A DNA stretch of 64,000 nt. It comes from Amoebophrya sp. A120 (Eukaryota > Protista > Dinoflagellata). Each line of letters starts with the position of its first letter. The stretch's first letter is position 1. The notes under the pieces were generated by a model. It was given only the letters and a program-made list of their open reading frames with translations, did not search any database and had not been told where the DNA came from. Of the stretch, positions 43,847-57,186 are shown in pieces. The stretch lies in contig CAJINV010000003.1 of assembly GCA_905178155.1 (NCBI GenBank), positions 2,893,715 to 2,957,714 on the forward strand, written 5' to 3'. A program made the translations under genes and the position numbers.

Positions 43847-46800
43847 TCAATTATCCGCAACGCGAACGTGGCTCCGCACGTAATCCGCGATTTCCTGCCG
43901 TCGTGGTAGAAGTGGTGCAAGCACGAACTCCTCCACGAGGTCTGAAATGTTTTCCTTTGCAGAGCTATCACACTGCTTAAATAAAGCACGCAGGGATTCT
44001 GACATGACGGCAAGCTGGGGGTTTTCGAAGGTGGAAGAGGACATCGAAGAGATGGATCGCAAAGGAGCGTCCGCACAATTCGGAGCGGGGTAGTAGATGT
44101 CTTTTTCGTTCAAGGTCGCGGGTGAGTTCCTGGCAAGAACATCCCGCTCTTTCTGGCCCCCGCCCAACATGGCTTCGTAGTAGGCCATGGCCTCCGCTTC
44201 GTACTCGGTAATGACGTCCGCTTGTATCCAACGAAAAAACTGTTTCACTGTGGTGATTTTGCAAGATCTGCAACACAAGTTTGTTACACATGACAAAGAA
44301 AACTTGGCATGCGTGCTTCCTAAGGGAAAACACAGCTAGAAATCCAATGTGTTGCATGCGTAGCAAGACAAACACATTTGCGTTCCGTATCCGTTCTATG
44401 CATCACAAGTTTACAGTGAAACAGTTTTTTCTTGAGATAGCTTCGTCAGCGGTGATAATGCCCGGGCCAGAGGACTGCTCCGGGACGGGCGGGAGGTCGC
44501 CACGACTAACGCTGCGCTTTCTCACGTTGACGGCCACGTTGCTGGTAGATGTACTCTGCAGGGGGCTGCTACTACTACCGCGCTCTAGCAAAAGCAACGT
44601 CATGGCAAACGCCAAACACACAACGACAGATCTGTGGGCCTCACTGGTTTGTTCTGGTCCATTGTCATCTTGGAACGAGCTGGAGACCACGCTCGCCGTC
44701 GTTGGATTTGAGACGGCGGACTGCCGGTCAAACTCCGCTATATGCCGGTGCAGCAAGCGAACCACGTTTCCCGCGCGGAAGGGCTCCGGGCAGGACAACC
44801 CATCAGTTGCCGTCAAATCCGATGTGAAGTGGTACGAATCGCGTGCGATAAGCGCGGCGGCAAAGAGCAAAACGCGAGGAAGCAAATCGATACACTCGCC
44901 CCTGCGCACGAGAATTGGCCCGCTCAGCGGCCGCACTTCCTTGTTGTCGGCGCCCGCCGGATTCTGTCGCGCACAAGCTGCGAGAGCACAATTCAGGTCG
45001 GGAACCTTTTCGAGCCGAAATCGCAGATAATCCGCGCACCGCTCCGCTAACACTTCAGCGCCCAGCGTGCGAGTGTTCAGCACACCTGCAGTCTCGTCTA
45101 CTGCAGACAACGCAGCTGCTCTACTCCGTGGTTGTTCCCGTTGTCCTCGGTTGCCGTTACTGTCTGAGCTTGTTCCAGAAGATCGCACAGGAGACACTGT
45201 TGCTGTCCCGGAAGATTGATGCACTCCGACCCCCCGCTGCAACGACTCGGATTGTTGTACCAACCCCAAAGCACTTTCGAGAATCCCTTTGCGCCACTCG
45301 CGCTGCGGGTCACTAGAGGACCAGCCGCCCCACTCGCAGGTGAGCAGGTGCTCCACGTCGACCAGAGACAGGTGATCCTCGACGGCGCTGCCACTGTAGG
45401 TTCGCATCCGGGCCAGCCGCGCGAACTCCGGGGACACGAACTGCGACAGCCCCTTTTCCGCGTCGGACGCCGACCAGGAGCCGCGCCCGTTGGAGGTTCG
45501 CTCCTGCTGGTCGATGCGGTTAATGTCGCGCTTGACGACGGCGAACAGCGCGTTCCGCAGTTCGTCCGTGAGCGCAACACGATCGCCACTTCCGAACAGT
45601 TGCCTTAAAACCCGAATCGCGTTCGCGCCGTCGTCGTCCTGGTAGCTGCGCCCCCGCAGCAGGGACGAGAGGACCTCCGCGAAGCAGTTCTGCTCGGCGG
45701 CGAGGCCCAACTCGCACAGTTTCTGCGCAACCGCGACGTCTTGCACCACCGCGGGGTGCCCCGCCTGCGCCAGCTGCACCGGGTCGAACCGGTACCCGAC
45801 CTTCAAGTTCCCCTCGCTGTCGCGCACCTCCACCTCGTCCCCGAAAAACTTCGTTCGCGCCTCCTCCTGCTCCGCGGTCTGCGCGAGCAAGCGCAAAATG
45901 TCCTCGTTGATGTGCGCGTCGACCGACAAATGCAAGGCTCCCCCGCCGGCTGCACCTCCCGCCATGCTCATCATCCCCGCGGACGGCTGGAGCTGGTGCA
46001 CGGGCGGCAGCGGCGACGCCCGGGTGTCGTCTCGCGGGTCATCGAAGGGAAAGTTGATGCGGTCCCTCGCAGTAGAAGTGAACTTCTCCACAGCACTATT
46101 TGCCGCCGTGGTCGGTGGCAACAACCGACACAACCGCGCAGCGACCAGCCGGCATCCCTCGCGCTGGTTCTCGCGCACCTGCATCAGCCGCCGCGGGCTG
46201 GTGAAGTCGTTGATGAAGTAGTCCGCTTGTTCGTTGAGGTGGGGATGTTGACCAGAAGTCGCAGCTGCACCTCCCGCCCACTGGTGGTTGTTAATACTGT
46301 GGAAATTATCCCCAACATCGTCCGAAGATCCGTGCCAGGCATTGGGCAGCAACTTGTAAAAGGACAGAGGAGTGAGCTCTCCGTACACCTGCCGAAGCCG
46401 CATGTGGGTGAGCTCGATGAGGCCGCGCAGGTTTCGGAACCTCGGGTGGTTGATGCGCGCGAAGTCACAGAGAAACTTGGAAAAGCGGCGTGTGCGCTTT
46501 TCGAACACCGGGAAGTGGCGGGACTTGACCAGCGCCCAAGCGAAATCCAGAAAGTGCACCATCCCCCGACTGAAGAAGTTCTGGTCGGTCAACACCTTCT
46601 GCAGTTCATCCAAAACCTGGTGGACGCGCCGCCGCAGCATATACTGCTCGGCGGCACGGTCGAGAAACTTCTGCTTTTCCTCCGTATTTTTACCGTCAAA
46701 CACCGCGGTTGATATTTTCGGGTCAGAGGTCGACAGCGCCTCGAAATCACGGTCCTCCGTCTGGTACAACGACAGCGCCCACTCCTCGCGCGCGTACGTC

Positions 46801-48105
46801 TTGCGTTCCCCGCCAAACTCGAAGTCGTTGTCAAATAAGGCCGTGTGCGCGACCTCGTACTGGCCGTCCAGCATCTCCTGCAGCATATGCAAGAAAAAAA
46901 CTGTGTAAGTGTAACTCTGTAATGCAGAACATGCAACAGAGTTACGCCTGTCATGCCAGACAGCCATGAGCTCCTCTCTTCATGTGTGTTTTCCCTTATG
47001 GTCCACGCATGACAGGTTTTCTCTGTCATGTAGAGCAAATTTGTGACGCTGTCAGCCAAAGATAGTTACACTAACACAGTTTTTTTCTTGGATACAGCAT
47101 GGGGCTCAAGCAGTAGCCCTCAATGTGGCGCGACACGAGCTGCATTTCTTGCACCTTTTTGAAGGGCCCACTGTCCCGCGAGTACGCGCGCGAAACTTCG
47201 CGTGTGACAAACCCACCACTGTCGCGGGAGTAGGCACGGGACACCTGTCGGGAGATGGATACTGAATGTTGTCGCGACAGGGTATTAAAGTCGTCCGACC
47301 ACTGCCGCGGAATGTCGCTGTGGTTGTCCTCACCCTGTTCGCTCGCCGGAACAACTCCAACATCAGGTGGCTCTTCGAGTATTGACGAGGTCTCGCGGAT
47401 CAACTCCAGATTGAAGTCCACATCCTCGTCGTCGTCGATGAAGCGATGCTCCTCGGTGTCCATGAGCATGATGCACCGCAGCGGCACATTGTCCCCGTTC
47501 ACTTCATCGAGCATGCACTTGCACGCCTGCCCCAAAGACGAACCGGCAAGCAACCAGGACCCATCATCCTGGGAGATGCCTACTTCCGTGGTAGCCTCTG
47601 TAGTCGCTTTCGTTCCTGATGGTGGACGACCCGCAATATTCCTCCGGTCCGGACTGCGCGAACTCGATTTCCGCTTGGTTCCCGCTAGCTTGTCTGCCGC
47701 ACCGCTTAAGACCGCGCTCGGTGACAGTGCGTTGGAACCACCTGCTGTGCCATTGCTACCAGCAGCTCCGAGCAGAGCTGCATCGTCGTCCGAATTGCGC
47801 CGACTGCCGGTTCGGGAGGCAGAGCGCGAAACCTGCGAGGGCAAGACGTTCACTTGCTTGAGCAGCTTTCGCCGGGCCAAGTCGTTGTGGACGATCTGGC
47901 CGACATCCTCCGCGATGTTTCGCCGACCAGAAGCTGGCTGCTCCGCTACCGCCCCAAAAGTTGTTGCGTCTTTCCAGTCAAACAAATCCCCCTCAAACAG
48001 GGTGTCGCCGTTCAGACGCAGAATTCGAAGCCGCCGTCTGCGAGGAGAACCACTCAGGAAACTGAGAGACGACGATGGTGGGGGCTGCTGAATACTTGCC
48101 ATCAT
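43847..48105 (-). CDS. Large hypothetical protein interrupted by two non-canonical IR introns
   Basis: ORFs 47071-48135, 44403-46967 and 43847-44296 join in frame (LSPML|QEMLD; TADEA|DVITE) after removing 46886-47099 and 44224-44443. Confidence 0.7.
44224..44439. mobile_element. Introner-like IR element, family X copy 1
   Basis: 27-bp TIRs, 24/27 match (TATCCAACGAAAAAACTGTTTCACTGT), with 4-bp direct repeat GCTT. Confidence 0.85.
46886..47094. mobile_element. Introner-like IR element, family X copy 2 (opposite orientation)
   Basis: 31-bp TIRs, 29/31 match (TATGCAAGAAAAAAACTGTGTAAGTGTAACT), with 5-bp direct repeat CAGCA. Confidence 0.88.
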
Positions 48106-49282
48106 CAAGAAAAAGCTCGAGCAGTGAACTTTCAAGTAAATCTGACTACGAGTGCTACGAGTACAACAGCCGTGCGTCTCTTGATGTTTTTACATTTCTG
48201 ATTACTAACATGCTCCACCGCCGTCACAATACATCACGTCGTGAAGCTAGTAGGGGCAGATGAGACTTTGTAAAAAGAACTAACCAAGGGTGCACAGAAT
48301 GATTAAAACTCTTTGTGACTAAGTCGTCAGGCCTATACGGTCTGGATGTCTCGCGGGTGTGTCTTTCTTTTCGTTGCTAGTAACAATAACAAATGCCAGT
48401 CACAAGCAGCATGAGGAGGGGGGATTGCGAACTCGTTTGATCACGAACGAACTGTAGGAATGGCAACATGGTGGATACACTTGTGGCGAGGTATGAGATC
48501 TTTTCTATTTTAGTGGCGCGCTCTGTTGCATTGCTACCAAATCACCTCCTCCGGCGGAGCAAACTGTTGGCTATCACAACCAACAACTTAAGCAGAAATC
48601 GTTTTCAACTGAAAAAACTGTCTTGTCTCATTCTTGCATCCATGATGGCGGGTGTCTTCCATCGTAAGTATGCACGTCCAAGAAAAAAACCGAAAACCAG
48701 CATTCGCCTTGTTTACAACTCAAGATCTTTACCGAAATCCCGCCTTTCACTCGTTGGCAAAAACTCTGTGTGTCTCGCTGACCCGAGTTTTGCAAGATGA
48801 ATCTGTCAGAAAACACTCCGGAAAAACTTTTTGAGCCGCAAAAAATATCCGCGGCAGTTCGAAGGCGCATTGACTTCCTTTTCAAATTTTATTTCTTATT
48901 TCATATACCTGCTGTAGCTGTTCTTTCCAAAAATAAATTACATTCAGATTGATCGCATGTTGTCGCGGTACATTCAGGCACAGAGAGTTCTTGGAAAATT
49001 TATCGTGGACTAAAACTTATACTGAGGCAAATATTGGTCGGCTGCTCGCATCTGTATCCGATGGCGTGCGTGTTGTACTTAACGCTAACTATCAAACAAA
49101 CATCGAGTTCGTTGGGTACCCAAAGAGTAATAGATAACATGTGGTAGGCTAATACCTCGTGCCAAACGAAAGAACAAACTTACTGCAGAAAACTGTCCAA
49201 ACTTTTTTGTACAGGTACTTGTAAATAAAACAAAAGGCAAAAAAGACATGTCTAATGTCGCGGTCGCTCTTTTCGGGAAATT

Positions 49283-49335
49283 AGATCACGAGTGGGTAGA
49301 TCAGAAGTTGTGGGTAGATCACAAGTGGGTAGATC
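49283..49335. repeat. Short tandem repeat (GTGGGTAGATC x3)
   Basis: Three copies just downstream of the stop codon at 49378. Confidence 0.8.
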
Positions 49336-49377
49336 CTGCAGGTACTTCTAGATTGGGTACTTTGAATTTGATCTTCT

Positions 49378-52300
49378 TCAAGCTGCGGACTCGGGTGGGG
49401 GTGCAGCTGGAGCCACCTCGTCCACTTCCATCGCAGTCTCGCCCGCGGGAGCTTCTTTCGATGGCGGCTTAGCTGCAACTGCCTCCGGGGCAGCAACCGT
49501 TTCCGCAGCCGCGTCTGTGGCCACCTTCTGCTGTTCCGCTGCGGCTTTTTCTTCCTCCAACTTCTGCTGCTCGGCGAGTTCCTTGGCGGCCTTTTCCTCT
49601 TCCATTTTTTGCTTCCGCGCTAGTGCCAGAGCCTCACGCTCGAGCTGCGCCTGTCGCTGCTTTTCGCGAGCCGCCTCCTTCACGGCTCTCCGGCTGTCTT
49701 GATCTTGGATTTGCTTCTGCGTCGGGTAATGGACGAACGTTCCGTTGCACACTGCAACCTTGTCTGCATTAAACAGCAGGGTCACATGCCCCTCAAGGCT
49801 CGATCCGTCGCAATCTGGAGGAGGTGAGGATGAGACATGAGTAAAGAAAGCATGCATGATAGAGAAAGATTTGCGTTCGTCCAAATCGCGATCTATTACC
49901 AAAGTACTATAAAAAGCACCAAAATCTACATCAAATTCAAAAAAAACTAGTATGCGATACCAAGTCGCCTGAATGGAGCCCGAAGTCTGTTGCCCGTATC
50001 CTTCTTCGGAAAATCCGTGAGGAGGATGTAATCTCCAGCATCCAAGGATCCGCTCGTCGTTTTTTTGTCCTGTGCCTCCGCGTCGCTCTCGAAGTCAACC
50101 GTGATCGGGCAGTCGGCCTTGATTTGAAACACGGGCGTGGAATACGATTCGAAGAATGGCTTCCCCGAGGACGTGCGCAGGGTGATCCAGCCCTCCATCT
50201 GGTCCTCCGCACAAAGGACGCGTGCCCGCATCATGCCACCCTCGTCGAGACCCGTTTCCAGGACGCGAACCCGTTCGTTGAACTCGAATTGGCGGACTTT
50301 CTTCATCTTTGCCAGGGACTTCTCCTCGGTCATCACGGTTCTGTTCACGCACCGATAGAAGCTCTGCGCCATGAAATCCCGGAACTCCCGAGTGCTGAGA
50401 GATTGCTTCTCCCTCCCAGCGAGGCCCCGGACCACCAGCTGCAGCAGCGCCAATACGGATTCTATCTTGTTTTCCTCGCAGTAATTGTGAATCGCCTGCG
50501 CGGTGATCCGACCATCTCGCTCTGCAGCTGCTGCGATGTCAGTCTGCTGTTGTTCCAGCGTCGCATCCTCCACTTTCTCGTCTTCAGCCTTGTCGTCCAC
50601 TTTATTTTCGATGTCTTTCATGGCGACGTCGTCTTTGTTCGACTCCACGGCGGGGTCGGACGGCTTCTCGGCGTTAGCGGCTTCGACGTCGGACGTAGAG
50701 CTGGCTTTCGCGTCGTTCGATTTGGATTTCTTGGCTTCTCGAAAAGCTTCCACGATGCCCTCCGCTTCGGCGTCAATGGTCACTTGCGAGTACTCAGCAA
50801 AATGTTGCATCAGGGTATCCCGCTGGCGCCTGGACAGCAGGGCCTCCGCTTCCCCGGCTCTTTTGCGGGCATCATTTGTGTTCTGGAGTGCGGTGTGTGC
50901 GCGTCGCAGCAGTGCGTGGATGTCCTGCTGGAGCTTCTTGGTTTCTTCGTCCACTTTCAGAACCTCGAACTTGGTCAACTCGCTGCCGTTCGCTTGTGCC
51001 CAGGACTCCGCTTCTCGCGCACACTCCCGCAAAGAATTTGCCAGGACTTCGTACTCTTTGATTTTGTCGTACGCAGTAGTCAAGGACATTGTGGGAAAGC
51101 CTTCGAGCTCTTTGGCACACGCCTCGAACGCGGTTTCGTGTTTCTGCATCTGTGCCTTATTGTCGCCCAAAGCAGCTCCCAACGTCACCGCAAGCTGTAA
51201 TTATAGTCAGTGTTGCATATGTGGAAATGAAGTTCTACCGCAAATGAATATCAAACATCTAGTTCTAGATCTGTTCTCTTTGTTGAACAAAGGGATAAAA
51301 TAAATTGGCATCGTCAATAACAATGACACCCTAGTACTTCCATCGTCAATAAAGCACGAGCTAACACGCACTTAGGTAAGTACCTCGGCTCTGCCTTTCC
51401 TTTCCGCTTGCTCCAGAAGGTAGCGCCGGACCTGCGTCAACGGTCCATGCATTTCGACTTTCTGTTGCATCATCTCACGCAGCGGCCCATCCACCTCCGC
51501 CATTTGGCCTTTGATGTCGATCTCATAAAGCAATCGCATGCGCTGCAGTATCGCCAGCCCGGTGCGCGACGGAGGTTCTGACTGTCCGCTGTTGCTGTTT
51601 TCACCCCCCACCGCTGGGGCAGCGGAAGCTGCCTCCTCCGGTGCTTTCATGACAACGTCCTCGTCTCCGTCTCCAGAAGTTGCGTTTTTGCCTGACCCAG
51701 CTCCGTCGACATTCCCCTGTGAGTTCTTGACCTCGCCCTTTCCGGGTAATTCGAGATACTTTTGTTCCACACGTATCATGGAGTACTCTTTGCTGTCCGT
51801 CGACCACTCTCGACGCACGAAGGTCATCATTTTAGTGATGTCAGACACCGCTGTCTCCGATTTGAGCACTGCGTCTGCGATTTCTTCGCATGTCGGAACG
51901 TTTGTCATATCGCCGAACATCGCTGGGTCGTCCGCAACTCCGGTTTCCGTCTTTTCGTTCAACATAGCAAGGACGGGCTCTGCACGTTCCTTCAGGACTG
52001 TCAAAACGCCAAATGCATCGTTGGCCTGTTATTTTGCGTCGATGTTGTTTTACTGGCAGTATTACCTCTTCGATAACGACGCAAACAAAATTCATCTGAG
52101 AGAAGTAGTGAAATAGATAAGTACGCACCACGTCCGACACATGCGAAGAAGCAGTGACTAAGCATCTTACTGTCGGTACCTTCGGGAGAAGTTCTTTGAC
52201 CTCCGCAATTTTCGTCTCGAAGTGCTTCTTTACATCCTGCAAAGAAGACTCCATGGTAGCTTCGATCTCCGTGGCGCTAATTGGGCGCTCTGCCTCCGGC

Positions 52301-55300
52301 TGCGCTTCGTTTTCGGCAACATCTCCCGACGCACCGCTATCTTTCTCAGCTGCTGTTGCTGCGTTTATTTCGGAGCCGATTGTAGTTGTAACACCTTCTG
52401 GTTGCACTTCTCCAGAGTCACCGATTGTGGTCCTGCTTAGTGGTCGCAGATAATTTTTCTGACTGTCGCGGAATGTCGCCCAACCTGTTTCTTCTGAAGG
52501 TACAGCTTCAACCGTGGCAGACGCAGCATTTTCTGCGCCAGCAGCTGCATCGCCGGTTGCAGCTCCTGTGGAGGACACAGCTGCTGCCTTCTTCGCCTCT
52601 GACGAGTCTCCTGGCAGTACTCGCACCGGCACCCGATACAACACGCGTGTGGAGTTTTCTTCCGGAACTGGAATCTCTAGCGCGAGCAGCTTCTCCTGCA
52701 CCTTCAAACGCCGAAGAGGTTTGACGATACCTGTTGCTACATCGCGAATTTCTTTTCCGGGGGTCAACACCGTCTCGGTAACCACACAGAGCACCGGATC
52801 AAACGGCACACAGAAGCCGGGCTTGAGTTCACGAATGCTCGTCTCGTTGGAACCTCGGACCTGTGTTTGTAGATAACATTCATCACACCAACATCGACTT
52901 CTAATTGATGCAACTTTACACTTTGCGAAACACCATCATGATGACGATTAGGTGCTGCTAACTCACACAGCATACACTATTATTCAAAGGAACTAACAGA
53001 AAAGAAAAGCGGGCGCGAGGGCGTCCTCCTATTTATCAATACCATCAATGGCTTTGTCACCACTTTGGACCATTTCGTCGATTTTTTCTTGGCATTCAGC
53101 TTCGTCAGAACCCCGGCAGCTGGGTCGACACTCTCGCCAAAAGCCAGGAGCTGATCAGCATCACTTGTGTCAAAGGCAACAAGCTCCAATAAAACGTCAG
53201 ACGCCGCATTTTTGCTACCGTCGGTCGACCCTGCGTTTTGGTTTCTGTTTCCTTTTCGGTTTCTCCCCCGGTTTTTCTCCGCAGGTTCTCTCTCCGGCGT
53301 CAGAGTAACGATGCAGCGTGCGATACACAGGCACCATTGAGATTTGACGATTTTCCCCGCCGGCTCTGCTTCAGCATTGGTCTTGGTGGCTCGCGAGTGC
53401 ATAGTCGGAAGCCCAAAAGCTACGCGGGAGGCATCGCAGTGCACGACATCGATTAACCAGGTTTGAAATGCTTTGTAGTCCATGCTGCCAATGTTCGCCT
53501 GTTTTTTCATCAGATCCCAGATGATTTCTCTGTCACATGTATCCACGTACCGGTCTGTAGTGTAGTCTTCCGCGCATCAGGACGCAAATCACGATTCGTT
53601 TCGGTTTTTCAAAATGTATTTTGTACGTCGTGCTGCGCCATTCATTGATTGTATCGATCAGAGCCTAAGTAAAAGTGATCGAAGCAACAAGCACTAGATG
53701 CAACTGCAAGAGAGAAGTTGTACGTACCTGGTCATACAGCTCCCCTGCATCGAGAACTGGAGTACCGCCAACAACAAGAGCCTCGGTATACTCGCGAATT
53801 TTCTCGACGATGTGCAGGTGACCCTCGAGAGCGAGAAGCTCTTTTCTTTGTTCACGTTCCAACAGAAGCGCAGAAGCTTTGTCGCAGATACCGCCAAGTC
53901 GGTTCTTACTGTTCTGGACATGCTGCTGAACCCATGCGTTTTCCTGGCTCGGAGGGGGCTGGCCGCGTTGTTGACGTTTCGCCGGGCGACTTTGCAGATA
54001 CCCGTCAGTCGCCATGATCGCCTCGACTCGCAGCACGCACTTCTGTGCTTTCTTCTTCAGCGCGTGCAGCGCTTCATCCGTGGAGGCTTGCTTGGCGAGC
54101 AGTGCAACGGTATCAGCCTCATCTACCTCCTCGGCCTTCATCTGTTTCTCCAACATACTCCACTCCTTTTGACAAATCGTCGCCATTCCGATGGTTTCAG
54201 TAACCATGTTGACCAGATCCAGCTGCGCTTTGTCCTTCTCTTTTTCCACTTTGCGCTCCTCCAAGAAGGCCCGCCCGCGGTTCGCTTTCAAAGTGATCCG
54301 ACTTTTCAGCTCATACCACACCCGGTCCTCTTGAATTGCTGCCAGTTTGGACTCTTGGATCGCTTTCTTCATGACCTCGTCTGGTTCCTTTTGGCTCTTC
54401 AGTGCTTGCTCCGTCTCGTAGATAGCCTCCTTTAGCTGTTTAATCTGCGCTCCAACGGGATCTGTCAACGCCAGCAGGTCTGCTTCGGACTCTGTAAAAT
54501 AAAAGTTTTGGGTCAACCTTTGGAATCTCTCCAAACTCAAAGTAGACACGGAGGCAGGTAGCGACTCCTGGTCCTACTGCTTGCTACCCTAAGCCTAAGC
54601 GCGGTCAGAAAATTAAGATAACTAGTTTGACATATGTTATGCGTTCCGGCATGAAGAGCCACAACAAGAAAACGCAAAGTTTGTTTCTAGATGGAAATCA
54701 AACACACATCCAATCTTACCAATGCAATTGGTAGCGTCCTCTTCTGTTGCGAAGGCCACACTGCGCGCATTATGTTTGTCTCCCACCTTCTCCGTGATGT
54801 CGTCAGCGAGAGCAGCGACTGCAATCTTGACCGTTTCCAAACTGTCGGTCAGCTGTCCTCCTGCAAACTCCGTCAGCCACCGGTCGCATTCACTTTCCAG
54901 AGCCACATCAAAGGCAGCCTGCATGCCATTGCGGGTCTCATCGGCAGTCATCAGCCGAGTCGTGAGTTCTTCGTACTGGTTCAAAAAAGCAAGGTCGTCA
55001 TCGCTTCCAGGTGCCGCGGCTCCGGATTCCGTCTTTTTCTGTAGATAGTTCTTTTCGCGGTCGACTTTGCTCTTCGCGGCTTCGTACGCACGATCGGCGT
55101 CCGTTTTAGACTTCTGAAACTCTCGCTTGAACTCTAGCGTTTTCCGTCGCTTGGCTTCCAACTCTGGGTCAAGATCCTGAATGAAGCTCGTCAACTTCTC
55201 CAGCATTTCCTCAACCTTTACGACTTCTTCAGTCAGCTTCGTAAGTTTCTCTTGCGGGTCGCGTGGAGAGGGCAAGGCAACAGCTGGTTTGGGTGGCGCC

Positions 55301-57186
55301 CCGTCCTTCGATGGAAGACGCATCTGCGACCTGAGATGAAAGTGATAAGTACATATTGCCGTCGCAGACTTGAACTTCATACACCTCAACCTCTCCTCTA
55401 GCTCGAGACTGACTGTAACTTAGCAGGTTGTAGTACTTGAGGATCACAACAAGCATGTCTTAAACTTAAAGGAAGCCAAACAAAAGAAAAAAAAATATTC
55501 ATAATACACGGGCCCCAGTGGAGCTCCCCCAGCAGGAACAAACTGCTGCATCGCTCCCATTTGGGAAGGAACTTGTTGGTCAAATCTCTGGGATTTGAAC
55601 TGCGGCCCACCGACGTCATTCCATCCATCTTGTCCTTGCGGCCGCTTCATCGAGTTACCGCCAGCGGCACCTGTAATTTTATTTGAATTCATGTGCTTAT
55701 TTTCACCACGTGTGTACCTAGTGTGCATATCTAAAAGCAGAGGGGGAAGTCGTTACTTCTTGCATTCACACAGAAATCAAGAACCAAAGAAACAACCACA
55801 AGTACCGAAGAGAGACGTCGCTGAGTTTTGCCTGCCGCCTTTCCTGTTATCCTTGTCCTTACCACCTTTGTTGTTACCGCGTCCTCCGCCAAAGTCGTCA
55901 TTTCCTCGACTCCCTCGGCGGTCCTGTCCCTTTTGCTTACCTCCTCTGTCGTCTTTGCCGCCACGATTCTTCCCCTTGGCGCTCGCAAACATCGCATCTT
56001 GCTGCGGCAGGGGACCGCCCATCATGCCGCCGCCGCCCTTGTTCTTTCCTTGGTCGAAGCCCTTACCGCCCGTACTATACGAGAAGCTATTGCCGTTATT
56101 CGAGGACTTGCTGTTATTTGGAAACGTGCTGCTGCCACCTCCATTGTTCATCATGTTCATCTGATTATTTGAGCCGTAGTGATCATAGGGATTCGTGCGC
56201 CCTCCGCCTTTATTGCCATTGTTTTTGTTCTTCCCACCTCCGCGGTTGTTACCATTCATGTTGTTCTTGCCATTGCCGCCCTTTTGAAAGTTGTTCTGGC
56301 CGTTGTCTCCACCCCACTGGTTGTTCATTTTATTGTTTTGCTTCCCGCCTCCTCCACCCATATTGCCGCTCATCATCCCGCCACCGCCCATATTTGCTGG
56401 GGGGCCAAAGTTGCTTGGACTCGCGCGACGCTGATTCCGATTTTGATCGAACCCAGAGGAGCCTTTGTTTCCGCCAGCTTGTTGGTTATTTCCGCCACCC
56501 CACTGGCGGTTCGCGTTGTTGTTGAAGCCACTGCCACCTGCTCCGCCCTGCTGCATGCCGAACTGCCCAGCAACGGAATTATTTCCGGAGGCCTGCGGAT
56601 TGAGGCTCGGGCTTGCCATCATGTTCTGCATGGCCATGGCGTTCATCATCTGCTGCATCATGTTTTGCTGTATCATGCCCTGCATCGTGCCCGCCACGCT
56701 GTTGGGCTGCTGTGCGACTGGGGAAACGGGGGGCTGCGGGGCAGCTTGTTGTGCCCAAGGGTTACTTGGCGCATTGGACGTCACCGAGGGGGCGACCGTG
56801 TTGTTGGTGTTCAACATGTTCATCATACCAGTGTTCGCCGGAGCTGCACTAGGATTGCTCGTCGCGGGGACGAGATTCATCTGCACCTTGGGATCAATCG
56901 TGTCAGCGTGCCAGGGAGCCTTCCAACCGGACTTCGGGGGCATAGAATCGTTGCCGGGAGCGTGGGCCCAAACTTGTTCACCACCAACTTCTGGAGCGAC
57001 CCACCAACCGCTCATGCTCGCCCCATCACGGGCGTCCCAAAAGTAGATGCAGGACTGTTGGCTTTTGTCATCTCTCGTGTTCTGTTGCTTCGAAAACATG
57101 GCCTTGCCATGATTCGAGCCCCGCTGCACGTAAGTCCCATTTAAGGCGAGTAGATGCCCGTCAAACCCGCGCACGTCTAGTTGCAT
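49378..57186 (-). CDS. Very large multi-exon protein: Trp-rich N-terminal domain, N/G/Q/M-rich low-complexity region, coiled coils, repeated SH3-like modules
   Basis: GT-AG introns join successive ORFs in frame: 55671-55805, 55331-55507, 54492-54719, 52861-52997, 52026-52170, 51195-51383 and 49815-49960. The junction near 53550-53727 is unresolved. Recurring module ends EGWITL, TGWATF and EGHVTL. Confidence 0.72.
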
